NCBI GenBank assembly: GCA_009914755.4
Contig: CP068257.2
Span: 29,888,001 to 29,952,000 of the forward strand
Length of the DNA stretch: 64,000 nucleotides
From: the human T2T-CHM13v2.0 reference genome, Homo sapiens
Direction: 5' to 3'
Shown here: positions 32,843-45,970 of the stretch, one piece after another
How the letters are laid out: every line of letters starts with the position of its first letter
Numbering within the stretch: position 1 is the stretch's first letter
Position numbers and translations under genes: made by a program
The notes under the pieces: generated by a model
Database searches by the model: none
Told to the model about the DNA's origin: nothing
What the model saw: only the letters and a program-made list of their open reading frames with translations

Positions 32843-35800
32843 TCAAAACTCTGCCATGGCAAGAATGAGCATCCAAATACCTTAATAACTCTGGAATCCA
32901 AAGAAAATTTCAGGTGAAAGGAAGTGCACGTGGCACCGCCTTCATCTCTCCACCAACAAGCACAGCCGACCCCAGTTAGAACACACTTTGAAACCAAAAG
33001 GCAGATGCTGCTAACCACTAGAACAAAGCAGAATCTGCCATCAGAACAGTACTAGATAGAGTTATTTAAAACATACTCAGAGTTACAGCTGGGACACTTG
33101 GGACACAGGATTCTGAGAGACCAAAGTGGGTCATTTTTGAGCATGTCAGGTGGTAGAATTAATAATGACACCAGGCAACAGGCATGAGGAGGAGTGTCCT
33201 GGGGTACCCCACGGAGCTTGGGGCCTTAGCAGTGTGGAGATGCACCCTGTGGTTATCAGTACCCAGGTAGCCCATATTATGCTAAAGAACTTGCCCTCCA
33301 AATTATCACTTTCCAAAGATATCCTGTGTCCTGTGAGGAGATGGAGATGCACATTCTGCAAGAAGGAAAGAACTTACACTTTACTCCAGTTGGTTGGGTG
33401 AGGGTCCTGTTAAGTTTCAAACAAAACAAAACCCACAGAAGGTCATGGCAAGAATAAACCCCGTGGTTCTGAGCCTCTGAAAACACTGCCCAAAGAGTGA
33501 GTGGGAACGAGCTCATGAGACCCTCCTGGACTTTCCTGCAAGAAATTATCATTTGCCTGGAATGCGGCCACCCAGCCCAGGTGATGGCCAAAAGAGGGTT
33601 GGGTTGATAGAGATCTTGCCCCAGGATCTGAAGAAGCCCTGGAAGGTGAGGCCTGGGGCTGCAATCTTTCCCAACAGACAATGGAGGCCTCCAACAAGGC
33701 TCAGAGGAGAGGTTTTGCAGGTCAGACCCTCACCCCTACCTCAAGGCCCCTCAACAAGCAGACGTCACTATTGTCCCGATCCCACCTTCCCTCCTGAGCA
33801 AGCAATGGGTAGCAAATCCTGTTCACCCCATTTCCATGGTCCTGACATCTCCCCTTCCCCTAGCGAAGAGGATTCCAAGACCCACTCCTCATCGTGACCT
33901 CCCCCTGCCCCCAGATGACGCGGTGGCTTTCTGGGGCTCATTATTACCCCTGCAGAGTGGGCAGAGGAAACCAAGAGCAGGAACTAGGATTGATGGATTG
34001 ACCTATGTTTACAAGGTTAGCAGCTCTCAGGCAAGGTGGGAGGGACAGTGGAAGGGAGGCAGGAGAACGCTCCTTTGGAAACAGGCTTTGCAAAGCCAGG
34101 ATTTTTTGGCAGGATATCCTGTCTTCCTCATGGTCACAGAGAAGCGTGTTTTGGGTCTTTAAGGAAAAGCAACTGAATCCTCATAGCCCAATCTCCAATC
34201 AGTTTCTCCACCCATTCCAAGCTTGGACACTCAGCCCCACTGCCTCCCAATTATATCTTTTTCCCAGCACAACTGCATTAGAGTCCTTTGCTCTTTAATA
34301 AAATCATACTCTAGCGGGGCAGAAGCTGGAATAAATAATACAGGTGTTATTTTCTTAAAACCAAAGACACTTCCCCCTCCCTTTCATCTTTCTTTCATGA
34401 ATTCAAAGTGGTCCCAAACAGAAAACATCCATATTATACTTCAGTTTTGCTAGGTTCCAAAAGGCTAGGATGCCCCCACTCCAACTACACCCAAGTCTTC
34501 CTTTAAGGAAAGAAATACTTGGTGACAGGACCAAGCCTCAAAGGGCCCTGGGCCCATTCTGAAACTGAGATTGTGCTCAGCTGAAAGAAACTTCCTCCCA
34601 CAGAGTTCTTCGATGAATCATCACTCTTTGTTTAACATCCTCTGAAAGCAGACAATTGATCGGCTCTCAGATCATGCCTGCGTAGTACCCCCACCCCCTC
34701 CACCTCTGCAATCCTTTCAGTGAGCTGAGACCCCACTCCAGGGCTCCGTGGTAGGATGCAGTCTCCCAGCTCTGCCTCAGCCCAGAGGGAGAAGAACCTC
34801 TTCACCTAGTGAAAGAGCTTCAAGGTCTTCTAGAAGAATCTCACACACGCACTGGAGGAATCTCTGCGGCTTCCCATGCCCACAGTCTAGGCCCTTATGA
34901 ATTTCTTAATGAGGTCCCTGGAGACCACAGGAACAGGGAAGGTCTTATGCTGGAGGGTGTGGAGGACGGTGCCAGAGGCTGGGAAGGGAATGGAAGGGGA
35001 AAACTCCACCTAACTATTAATATCGTGTACCCTTTTACACTAGAACATTGTTTTATTTTAAAAAACACTCTGTTCCTTGCTGAGTACTGCTTTATTTCTG
35101 AATGTCTCTTTTATTATTTTTTTAATAAATGATTTGGCCTACAATGATGATGAGAGAGAATTTGTTCTTTTTTTTTTTTTTTACACAGGAGTTATAGCTT
35201 ATATAAAATGGAGTACTTAGAGATGAAAAGACCTGAAGTTTGGAATTGGGAAAAACAGAAACGTTTACTAGAGCCCTGCTAATCTGATTTTTCTGGTCCA
35301 GAATTGAGGGAAAAACAAAAGGAGAGTTACCCTTAGAAACATACCTTCTACCTGTTTGCTTAATTTAGAAAGAAAATGTACATGTAAATATACATGTGTG
35401 TATATAACATACACACACACATCCCCAGTGAAAGTGTGTTTTTGATACAGAAGACCAAATGACTGGAGATCGTAAAACGAGGCTCTTTCTTAACCACGAG
35501 CCTGAGTCCGTGGTGTTCAGCACTTTCATGAGAATCTGTAACCTGGCCCAGAGGAACAGAATTTTCTTCCTGGCTTCTCACTCCCACTCCTCTGCCCTCC
35601 TCAAGCAGACAGAAGCCCCCTCTCCCGGCACAGATTTCTAGGCAAGGCTTTGATGTGGTTCCCATGCTCTCACCTGCCTTCCTCATTTGGAAAAACCAGA
35701 GGCTTCTACTGCACATCTATGAAAGTGTTGTCTCACAAAACGTGTTTCTCCTTTAGACAGTATGATCCTTGCAGAAATCGCAGAAGTGTTAATACATGCA

Positions 35801-38800
35801 CCTAGTAGGCCCTCAGCAAACTCTCCCAAGGAATTCCTGCTCAGGGCTCCAGGGTTTCAGTCGGCACACTAGAACTGCAGGAATCTGGGGGGAAGGAGAC
35901 AGGCCCAACGCTGCTTTTCCTTTCTGGTTTAGAGGGGGAGGGGAGAAGAGAGGAGCAAGGAGAAAGAACTGCAAAGGGAAAGGAGAGGAAGTCTTTGTCC
36001 GGGCTCTTTGGACGAGCATTAGAGTGGAGTTAAATTGTCAGCTAATGAGATTTCCTAACCACGTGCTCCCTTTTAAGTCTAGGCCCCCAACTGATTTGAT
36101 CCCCACACAACAGCAGGGGGGAAAGAGGCCTTCAGCATCCCTAAGGGCGCGAGAATTCCCAGAACAAGTACAAGAAGGATGAGAATCATTTCTGAGAGTT
36201 CAACTTTAAATAGGTTATCATATTTATTAATTGACATCTAGCAACAATGCTACTGGCCGCGTTCCACATCAACAGCCGAATAGGGGTTCACGGGAGTCAG
36301 ATTCCACTCGGGGTAACTGAGGCAGGCCCAGGGGAACGGAAGAGACAGAGCGCAATCCTGAGGGCTTCTCCAACCACTGGACAGCCTACAAGTCGAGTTT
36401 ATGTTTGTTTGTTTGCCTGTTTTGGCTGGCAAAGGCCCCTGGGGCCTACATTCAAAGAATGTGTTGTTGGACCCAATAATTTATTCCAACAGGCAAAAGG
36501 GTGTTAAAACAGGAAGTTTTTTTTTTTCAATAAAATCTTTGTCGTTAAGCCTGAGATCATCTGATCTGATTATGGACTGTTATTATTTTGTGTTGTTTAT
36601 TTCTATATGAAACTGATTTCTCTTTTTGCCTAAAGAAAAGTAGCAGTGCAGAGCTAGTGGAGGAAAAACAACTCAAAACACATTCACAACATTTTGAAGA
36701 TATTCAATGAAATTGATTCTCTTCTACCTTCCCTGCTTAGTCAACAGCCTCTTCCTTAAGTTTTATTTCTCCTCTATTCAAAGATAATTACTTAGCAACG
36801 TCGGTGTTTACCACGCAAAGGCATCCACCCTCCCTAGCCCAGCTTTTTACCTTGAGATACAAAAAAGCATATGCTGGAAACCAACAATTTACCAAACTTC
36901 TTCAGCTACAAGGCATAGCTTAAATTTCATCTCTCCTAGAAAGTGTTCCCTCCTAACCTCCAGACATCTCTTTGTTCAAACCTCCCTCCTTCCTGGACTT
37001 AATCACTTTCCACAGCAGTCCTTGGTTCACTGGCAACTGCTTTCCACCTGGAAGGGTTTTTCCTTCTCCAAACCCAGGTCTGGGTCCCAGCAGAATCTTG
37101 AAGAAGAAAGAAGAAACAACTAAAACCTAATGGAAATTCAAACACATTTTTAAAAGGGCTGCAAGCGATTAGATAAATCTAATTAAACCTAAGGCCAAGT
37201 AAAACAAGTCCTGTTTGAAGCTGAGAACAGCAGTCCTTCATGCCTTTTATAATAAAAAGAAATTGGGGCTGGGGGAGTGAAGAACGCAGAAAAGGAAAGC
37301 GACAAGGGGCCATCCTCTATTACAGATTTCCTCTAACACAGAATCAACAGGACTCTAATATTTCATACGTGGCTGTCACTGTGCTTTGAGGTTAATCTAT
37401 ATGGTCGTTTAAGCCCCGCCCCCCTAGAGGTTATTCCTTATCCCCACTTTACAGATGCGCAAACTGAGACAAAGGAAGATAGAATAGCTCGGCCGGGATC
37501 ACCCAGCTTGTGAGTGACACCGAGCAGGTACTGGAACCCGGGTTTGTTTGACCTCAGCGCACAGGCTCTAAACCTCTGCTCCAACTCAAAGTATGCGCCA
37601 AGTCAGCGTGCATGGGTAACCCGATCCGGACGGCTCTGACTCGGGATGCGGCACAGCTGCCCTGCGGGGCCGCGCGGGTGTCACCGAGGCGGGCACAGAC
37701 TGCACAGTGTCCCCAAGGGCTCGCGCACGTCCTTCAAGACCTGCCAGCGCGCGGGAAAAGGCAGGCTCCGAGTCAACCAGGGCTGACCCGGGGGCAAGAC
37801 CAGGAGACGCGACGACTGGAACCGGGTGAGTGTGGCCGAGTCGGCGCCCCGAGGGCCGCCAGCCTGGACCCCAGGCTGGGACACGGGCGCCCCCGGGTGC
37901 AGGGGACCTAGAGGCGCCGTGCGCGGCGGGGGCTGGGCGCGAAGGCGCCGAGACGGCATCTTTCCCCTGCAGCATCCCGCCCCGCGGCCGGGGGGAGGGG
38001 GCGTCACCTGACAGCGCGCAACAACTTCTCCAGGTTTCGAGGGGGCAAGCGGCAGCCGCCGGGGCTGGGGGGCGCACGGCGCGCTGCTCTCGCCCAATGG
38101 CGAGGTCTGTAAACAAAAGCGGGCCCCACGCGGGTCCCCAGCCGGGTGGCGAGGGGCGCGGCGCAGCAGCATCGCAGCGGCAGAGCTGGTGAGAGGGCGA
38201 GGCGGGGACGGGATAGGGCGCGGGGACCCAGGGCACAGTCCCCGGGACCCGACCGCCCGGATGAGGCATTGTCTGCGCACCCGCAGGATTCCGCTTTTAA
38301 TGCCCCCCTCCGGGGGTTCGTCGCGGGTCCCCAGCTCCGTGCGCCGGCCCCCGGGCTTTCCGCCCGGTGAGCCCGGCCCCGAGGGCGGCACGGATCGCCA
38401 AGGTGAGCGCCCAGGACGCGTCGCCGAAAAGCCAGGCCCGGAGGTGCCTAAGTCAGGGACCGAGACGCAAACATAGACACAAGGATGCACAAGCACGCCC
38501 TCCCCGAAGTTGACAAAAATCAGCCGATAAAATACAAAGTGCCGCGGCCGCCGCAGGTCAGCGCTGACCTCCTGCTGCCGAGAGGACCGAATGCCGACGT
38601 CCGGACGCTGTCATTTCCATCCAGCGAAGGCACCTGGGCTGCACGGTCTCGTCTCCCTCCTTCGCGCGAGGGATGCCTCCTCCTGCCTCTCCTCCCCGCA
38701 TCTCCCCACCTCCCAAGTGTGTGAACACGAAAACAATACGTGGAAAGCCCGATCGGGGGGAGCTAGGACCCGCCGGGAGCCCCAGTGTGCGGGAGACGGG

Positions 38801-38898
38801 GGTCAGAACGTGCCCGGCACGGGCACCGAGGCTCCGGGCATCCTCGCCGCCGTCTCCCGGGGCGGCTCCGGCCGGACGCCCGCGCACCCCAGGCCCGC

Positions 38899-38914
38899 GG
38901 TACTCACCCGCGAC
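38899..38914 (-). other. Candidate 5' splice donor on the minus strand (exon to higher coordinates, intron toward lower coordinates)
   Basis: The plus strand reads gcggtactcacccgcg, so the minus strand reads cgcgg|gtgagtaccgc, a good match to MAG|GTRAGT. The minus-strand sequence upstream of it, about 38909-39190, has no ATG, which suggests a non-coding first exon. Confidence 0.45.
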
Positions 38915-39059
38915 GGTCGTCCGGGATCTCCGCGACGGGGCCGGGCACGATGCGGGGCAGCCGTGCCCCTGGGGCTGCGGGCGCCAAGGCGTCCGCGGAG
39001 CTGCAGAGCTGCGCGCCCGACGGCGGCGGCGCTGCTCTGCCGGCCGCGCTCGAACCCGC

Positions 39060-39200
39060 TCGTGGTCTGCCAATCGGAGCTGTCAGGGCCCCTCCGCCTG
39101 CGGCCTCGGGGGCCGGGCCGCGGGAGCCCGTGGGAAACCGAGCTCCGATTGGGCCGCCTGACAATCGCTCCGCCTCCGGCCAGCCAATCCGAGGCGGTGG
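39060..39200. promoter_or_regulatory. Cluster of CCAAT / inverted CCAAT (ATTGG) boxes between the divergent splice donors (NF-Y-type sites)
   Basis: ctgccaatcgg (CCAAT 39070-39074), ccgattgggcc (ATTGG 39148-39152) and cagccaatccg (CCAAT 39184-39188). Further boxes lie at 38094-38098 (gcccaatgg), 39506-39510 (gtggccaatgg) and 39564-39568 (ggattggtc). Confidence 0.6.
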
Positions 39201-39536
39201 ATGCAGGAGCGGGGCGTTCGGAGTTGGGCTGTAGAGCGACTATGGGCGCACGCCGGGTATCCGCGCCGCAGCCAGGCTCGGAGCGCGCGGCTGGAGGGGC
39301 GCGGGCGGCGCGCGCTCCAGAGATGCCTTCCTGCGAGGCTCCGTCAGCGCGGCCCGGGGAGATCGCCCGCAGGCAGCGGAGGCGCGGCGGGCCGGGGGAC
39401 GACCAGGGAGCCCCTAACAAAGCAGCTTTGGGAGGGCCGGAGGCCTCTGCCTCCCTCGGCGATAGGTCCGCGAAGCTGCCTGTCATCTCGCATAGGTGGA
39501 GGTGGCCAATGGCGTGCACAGACGGAGCTCTAGTTG

Positions 39537-39550
39537 GCGCGCGCGCGCGG
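39537..39550. repeat. (CG)7 alternating purine-pyrimidine tract (potential Z-DNA) at the putative plus-strand start region
   Basis: gcgcgcgcgcgcgg, seen directly in the sequence. Confidence 0.8.
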
Positions 39551-39565
39551 CTCGGCATCGGTGGG

Positions 39566-39583
39566 ATTGGTCGGAGGTAAAGG
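39566..39583 (+). other. Candidate 5' splice donor on the plus strand
   Basis: attggtcggag|gtaaaggat, with GT at 39576-39577. It is immediately preceded by a (CG)n run and CCAAT/ATTGG boxes. Other plus-strand donor-like sites inside the island are accgg|gtgagtgt (GT at 37826) and gccaag|gtgagcgc (GT at 38403). Confidence 0.4.
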
Positions 39584-41249
39584 ATTTTCCTGCCACCTAA
39601 GGCGGAGAGGAAGGGGGATCGAAACGGGGGAGGCGAAGAGTCAAAAAATGTTGTGCCTGGGACAAGTGGTCTGGCGCGGGAGGCGTGTGCCTGGCTCTAG
39701 GGGGAGACAGGAACTTTTTTACGAGAGAAAAAAATCCTAACGCAATCCCTTCCCGTGGATGCTAGAGGATGTTAGACCCTGAGCAGCCTCCAGGTAGGGC
39801 ATGGTGGCCTTCACCAGAGTCCAGGACTCCCAGGGTTCACTTACCGTGCCCAGCAAGCGAACTTGGAATAACAGCGTGGGGTTTGGGCCTTACGCTTACC
39901 TGCTGGGCAGAGTAAGTGACTCGGGCAGGGTTCACGCAGACCTCCTGGGCTCCTCTGTAAAATCCGGAAACTACAGTTGCAGTTTACCTCTCGCAAGGTT
40001 GTGGAGAACGCGGAAACGGAGACGCTGGCGGTACAGCCTCGAGCGAAACCTTTCCCTACACGAGGCCGGAGCTTCCTCCTCTCCTGAAGAGCTCTAGACT
40101 TCCCCATTTACAACAAAGGCTGGGATGTATGTTCCTTACACCTTGATTCCATACACACGTGTTCGCCCCGGGAGCTGGGAAGGTCTGCGCTCCCGGGGTG
40201 ATCTTGTTGAAAACAAAAAGAATTGCCCACGCTGTGGAAGATAAACCTAAACCGGAAAATTGAAAGTCATCCCTGATTCCTCCTTCTTCTTAACCCTCTC
40301 CCATCCATTTTTGTTAACCTCCCAAACCCATTCCTCCCATCCTGTCTCACCTGGACCTCAGTAAAGGGCTCCCATCGTCCTTCTGTCCCAGGCCTTGCCC
40401 CCTGAAATCTGTTCTCCACTTTGCAGAATGATCCTTCTAAGCAGAAAAATCTCATTTTGCGCTCCCAACTCTGGGTCTCTTTTCTTTCCCCAGAACACGT
40501 CAACCCCCAGCCCCTCCCTTCACTTCACTAATTCCTACCCTTCTTCAGATCCCAGCTTGGCCGCCAAGGCATCCATGCAGTAGGCATTGCTGAACTACTG
40601 CTCTTACAGACCCCGGGAAGCCTCCTGTACCCTGTCAAGGTTAGATGCCACATTTCCACTTCCAGTGCTTCCACCCCCTGTGCTCCCCTCACAGGCCTGT
40701 ATGACACGGGGCTGAAGTTGCCTGTTGCACTGCAGCCTTCCATGGAAGCCGGAATCTTATCTATCTTCCCTGCTGGATCCCAGTCCTAGCACAGTGTTTG
40801 GCACATTTGGGGCACTGAAAAAACATGGAATCCATGAATTATAGAGGAGCTATAATTATAGGCAAGAGCTTTAAGGATTTGAAGTGCTTCTAAAACATCA
40901 GTTTGAGAAGAATGGGTAGCATGGTAGCTCTTGAACGGATGCGTCCACCAGGTTCCATGATCAGTATTACAGGGAGGTTTTTGAGTCAAGTTTGAGAGAT
41001 TTTCCAAAGACACCCCTTCCAAAACCAGCCTCGTTTCAGCCAACAGCTTGGAATGGAGAATAATTCCCTTGAGAAGCTTTTCATCCCAGGACAAAGAGCC
41101 ATTTCTTTACCTGTTACAAGCCACCATCTAGGGGAAATACATATATTTGAAAATGAGTAGAGGGTTTTTCCCTAAGGAAGTTTAGAAGTACATCTGGCCA
41201 TCCTTAAAAGAACAGACCCTGGAGTGAGGCTGCCTAATTTCAGGCCCGG

Positions 41250-41392
41250 TTCCTTTCTAGCTGTTACCTAGGGCAAGTTACTTCAGGCCTCCGTGCCTCG
41301 GTTTCCCCATTTATATAAATGAGATAACAATAGTGCTTCATACCACATACAGTTGGTACGAGGATGAATGAGTTAATATTAACAATGTGCTG
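41250..41392 (+). mobile_element. MIR SINE fragment, truncated by an Alu insertion
   Basis: ctagggcaagttacttcaggcctccgtgcctcggtttccccatttatataaatgagataacaatagtgcttcataccacatacagttggtacgaggatgaatgagttaatattaacaatgtgc matches MIR (cttgggcaagtcacttaacctctctgtgcctcagtttcctcatctgtaaaatggggataataatagtacctacctcatagggttgttgtgaggattaaatgagttaatacatgtaaagcgc). Confidence 0.75.
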
Positions 41393-41720
41393 GCCAGGCG
41401 CGGTGGCTCACTCCTGTAATCCTAGCACTTTGGGAGGCCAAGATGGGCAGATTGCCTGAGCTCAGGAGTTTGAGACCAGCCTGGGCAACACGGTGAAACC
41501 CCGTCTCTACTAAAAATACAAAAAATTAGCCGGGCATGGCGGTGTACTCCTGTGGTCCCAGCTACTCAGGAGGCTGAGGGCAGGAGAATTGCTTGAACCC
41601 AGAAGGCAGTGGTTGCAGTAAGCCGAGATTGCGCCACTGCACTCCAGCCTGGGCAACAGAACGAGACTCCGTCTCCAAAAAAAAAATAAATAAAAAACAA
41701 CAATTTAAAAAAAAAATGTG
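41393..41720 (+). mobile_element. Alu SINE
   Basis: ggccaggcgcggtggctcactcctgtaatcctagcactttgggaggccaagatgggcagattgcctgagctcagg ... gactccgtctccaaaaaaaaaataaataaaaaacaacaatttaaaaaaaaaa. Confidence 0.93.
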
Positions 41721-41999
41721 TTTAGAAGAGTACCTGGCACATAGTAGCATTTAATAATGTTTACTGAATAAATAAACAGCTTCCACTGGACATGTGTGTG
41801 ATGGGTAGGGAGTCCTCATGAGTGAGTGGCGGGTTACTAGAGGCTTCCCTGAAGGTGAGTAATGGGATCTCTCTTCCCTGCCTCATCTGAGGGCTGCTGC
41901 CTTAGGGTCTCCTGTTAAGGAGGTGACATTATTGTAAGGAGAACCTCAGATGAATCATCACAGCAGCCATCTGATTGCCTTGTGCCTAAGACGTCTGAA

Positions 42000-42200
42000 A
42001 AGCACTTTGAGATGCAGAATCCTGGCGGTAGGTTGGCTGGGTTGAATCTCAGCTCTACCACCTACCAGCTCTGTAGCCTTGAGAAGGTTACTTAATCTTT
42101 CTTAAGCCTCAGTTTATTGATCTCTGAAATAAGGGTAGTAACACCTAACCCGTAAGGATACGGAGACAGTTAAAAAGAGGTCACGCGTAGCATATGGTAC
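42000..42200 (+). mobile_element. MIR SINE (including the tRNA-like 5' region)
   Basis: ctgggttgaatctcagctctaccacctaccagctctgtagccttgagaaggttacttaatctttcttaagcctcagtttattgatctctgaaataagggtagtaacacctaacc matches MIR (ctgggttcgaatcccggctctgccacttactagctgtgtgaccttgggcaagtcacttaacctctctgtgcctcagtttcctcatctgtaaaatggggataataatagtacctacc). Confidence 0.75.
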
Positions 42201-42289
42201 AAACTCATCAAAGTTGGTGATCGGGTTCAGCTAAGTTAGTGAAAAACAGGATAATAACATTCCATTAAATGGTTGAAAAACCTGGATGA

Positions 42290-42576
42290 GGCCGGGTGTG
42301 GTGGCTCACCCCTGTAATCTCAGCACTTTTTGAGGCCAAGGCATGTGGATCACTTGAGGCCAGGAGTTAGAGATAAGCCTGGCCAACATGGTGAAATCCC
42401 TTCTCTACTAAAAATACAAAAATTAGCCAGGCGTGATGGTGCATACCTGTAATCCCAGCTACTCGGGAGGCTGGAGGCAGCAGATGCAGTGAGCCGAGAT
42501 CCAGCCACGGCACTCCAACCTGGGCAACAGAGTGAGACTGTCTCAAAAAAAAAAAAAAGAAAGAAAGAAAGAAAAA
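42290..42576 (+). mobile_element. Alu SINE with internal right-arm deletion
   Basis: ggccgggtgtggtggctcacccctgtaatctcagcactttttgaggccaaggcatgtggatcacttgaggccagg ... ctactcgggaggctggaggcagcagatgcagtgagccgagatccagccacggcactccaacctgggcaacagagtgagactgtctcaaaaaaaaaaaaaagaaagaaagaaagaaa. 15 bp TSD aaaaacctggatgag on both sides. Confidence 0.93.
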
Positions 42577-42634
42577 CCTGGATGAGACAATGCAGGAGAA
42601 ATACTCACTGCCCATAGGGGAGATAGATACATAG

Positions 42635-43142
<508 letters not shown>

Positions 43143-43599
43143 TGGGTATCTTTCTTGACCTCGCAAACCTAAAAAGCTACTGCAGGCTTCAGTGCTGTTT
43201 CTTGTCTCCGCCCTACACGGTACATCGCTACTTCACACTGGCAAAGAGAATGGGGCATTTTGATTAAAATACAGACAAATGCCATCTGGCCGAGTATTCT
43301 GACATCTTATCTCCTGAGGGCACTGTTGACATCTAAAGAGAACATGGAATTGGCATTAAAGGAAAAAATGGGGTGGTCAAAGGCAGAATCAAGGTTTAGG
43401 GCAGGAGAATGAGCACAAGTTACATTTCTAGTACATGACCCTAGCTGCAACTAAGAGTCAACATTTTCTTCCCCACTGGTTATTGAAAGGCTGACTAAAC
43501 AATCGTAGCTGAGTTACAACAAATGGTCTTCCCCAGTACGAAGATACCTACACATGCGCTCTGGGCAGCCCTGCCTCACTTGTGTTCCTGAGCTGGTCT

Positions 43600-43745
43600 T
43601 TCTCTCTAACAGATGCTCCCTCAGGGTTAGACTTTGGCCTGTTTAATTCACTGCTCTATTCATAAAGTGTCTCGAACAGTGCCAAGCACATAGTATGTGC
43701 TCAATAAATATCTATTGGATGAATGAAGTTTAGCCTTCCGCACTC
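43600..43745 (+). mobile_element. MIR-type SINE 3' portion
   Basis: gtgtctcgaacagtgccaagcacatagtatgtgctcaataaatatctattggatgaatgaa matches the MIR 3' end (gcgcttagaacagtgcctggcacatagtaagcgctcaataaatgttggttattatt). Confidence 0.65.
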
Positions 43746-43847
43746 TACGAGGAGTTTGGCACTGAATTATTTTCTTTTCTGTCATCTATTTGTGGATGCC
43801 CTCTTTAAAGAAAGGACAGGAGGCAGCTTATACAAAAATAGATCTTG

Positions 43848-44651
<804 letters not shown>

Positions 44652-44967
44652 TTAATGCATACCCCACTGACACTGAAAAGTATGCTGACTTCTTTCTGAG
44701 TCATAAACTTTCACTGACTGTCTTTCAGGGGTACATTTTAGCCGGTATGTTGCAGTCTGTAGCCAGTTCTTACAACCTCTGTATTGCACCCTCTAATGAA
44801 AAAGGACAACCCCAGTATAAGGAGTCTCCCTCCCTTCTCCCAAACACCTTGTAACAGACTCCAGAACACTCCCAACTTTGTTGATGTGACTTCCCCCATC
44901 ATCAGTCTTCACATTTGGCTTCCAAGAAGCCTTTATCAAATTATTTCAGTCTTAATTTTGGTTGACA

Positions 44968-45045
44968 TTTTATATATATATATATACGTACGTGTATGTC
45001 TTCTGTTGGTTCTGTTTTTTTTTTTTTTTTTTTGGAGAACCCTAA
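44968..45045. repeat. (TA)n / TACG-containing simple repeat followed by a T(21) homopolymer
   Basis: ttatatatatatatatacgtacgtgtatgtcttctgttggttctgtttttttttttttttttttggag. Confidence 0.85.
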
Positions 45046-45267
45046 TGCACATCCCAATAGTTTTTCCCATAACCATTCAATATTCCTCTGCAGACTTGCT
45101 ACCCAAAGTGTAGTCTGCGGATCAGCAGCAGTGGCATCGCCTGGTGTCAGAAACACAATCCCAGACACCAAGCCAGACACTTAACTCAAATCTACGTCTT
45201 AACACTCAGGTGATATATCTGTGTATAAAGTTTGAGAAGTACCTCATAACTTCTTTGGGGTTTATTT

Positions 45268-45970
<703 letters not shown>

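Larger units (their letters stand above)
37480..40230. promoter_or_regulatory. CpG island (core about 37600-39700, about 70-75% GC with unsuppressed CpG), consistent with a TATA-less promoter region
   Basis: Dense CpG and GC-box (GGGCGG/CCGCCC) content. Examples are ggcgcgcgcgcgcgg, cgacggcggcggcgc and gggcgcgggcggcgcgcgc. No Alu or other interspersed repeat occurs inside. The flanks return abruptly to AT-rich, CpG-depleted sequence. Confidence 0.92.

Noticed and set aside
34290-34310. AATAAA hexamer in tgctctttaataaaatcatactctag as a polyadenylation signal marking a transcript 3' end
   Set aside because: AATAAA occurs by chance many times in 64 kb of AT-rich DNA and inside every L1 or Alu tail. 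Without a downstream GU-rich element or transcript evidence it cannot be called.
36200-36260. ttaattaattgacatc homeodomain-type site and nearby AT-rich block as a specific enhancer
   Set aside because: TAAT cores are ubiquitous in AT-rich DNA. It is kept only as part of the general Alu-free-block finding.
37586-38496. 227 aa and 271 aa minus-strand ORFs plus several 60-120 aa plus-strand ORFs in the upstream half of the CpG island
   Set aside because: Same GC-driven artefact and low-complexity composition, with no conserved-domain signature. At most a short 5' coding exon could hide here, but nothing in the sequence supports one.
38591-39580. 329 aa plus-strand ORF overlapping a 251 aa minus-strand ORF (38803-39558), the longest ORFs in the window
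   Set aside because: Both lie in about 75% GC CpG-island DNA where stop codons (TAA/TAG/TGA) are statistically rare. They are Arg/Pro/Gly/Ala homopolymer-like, overlap almost completely on opposite strands, and begin at non-Kozak or alternative starts. This is a compositional artefact, not an antisense gene pair.
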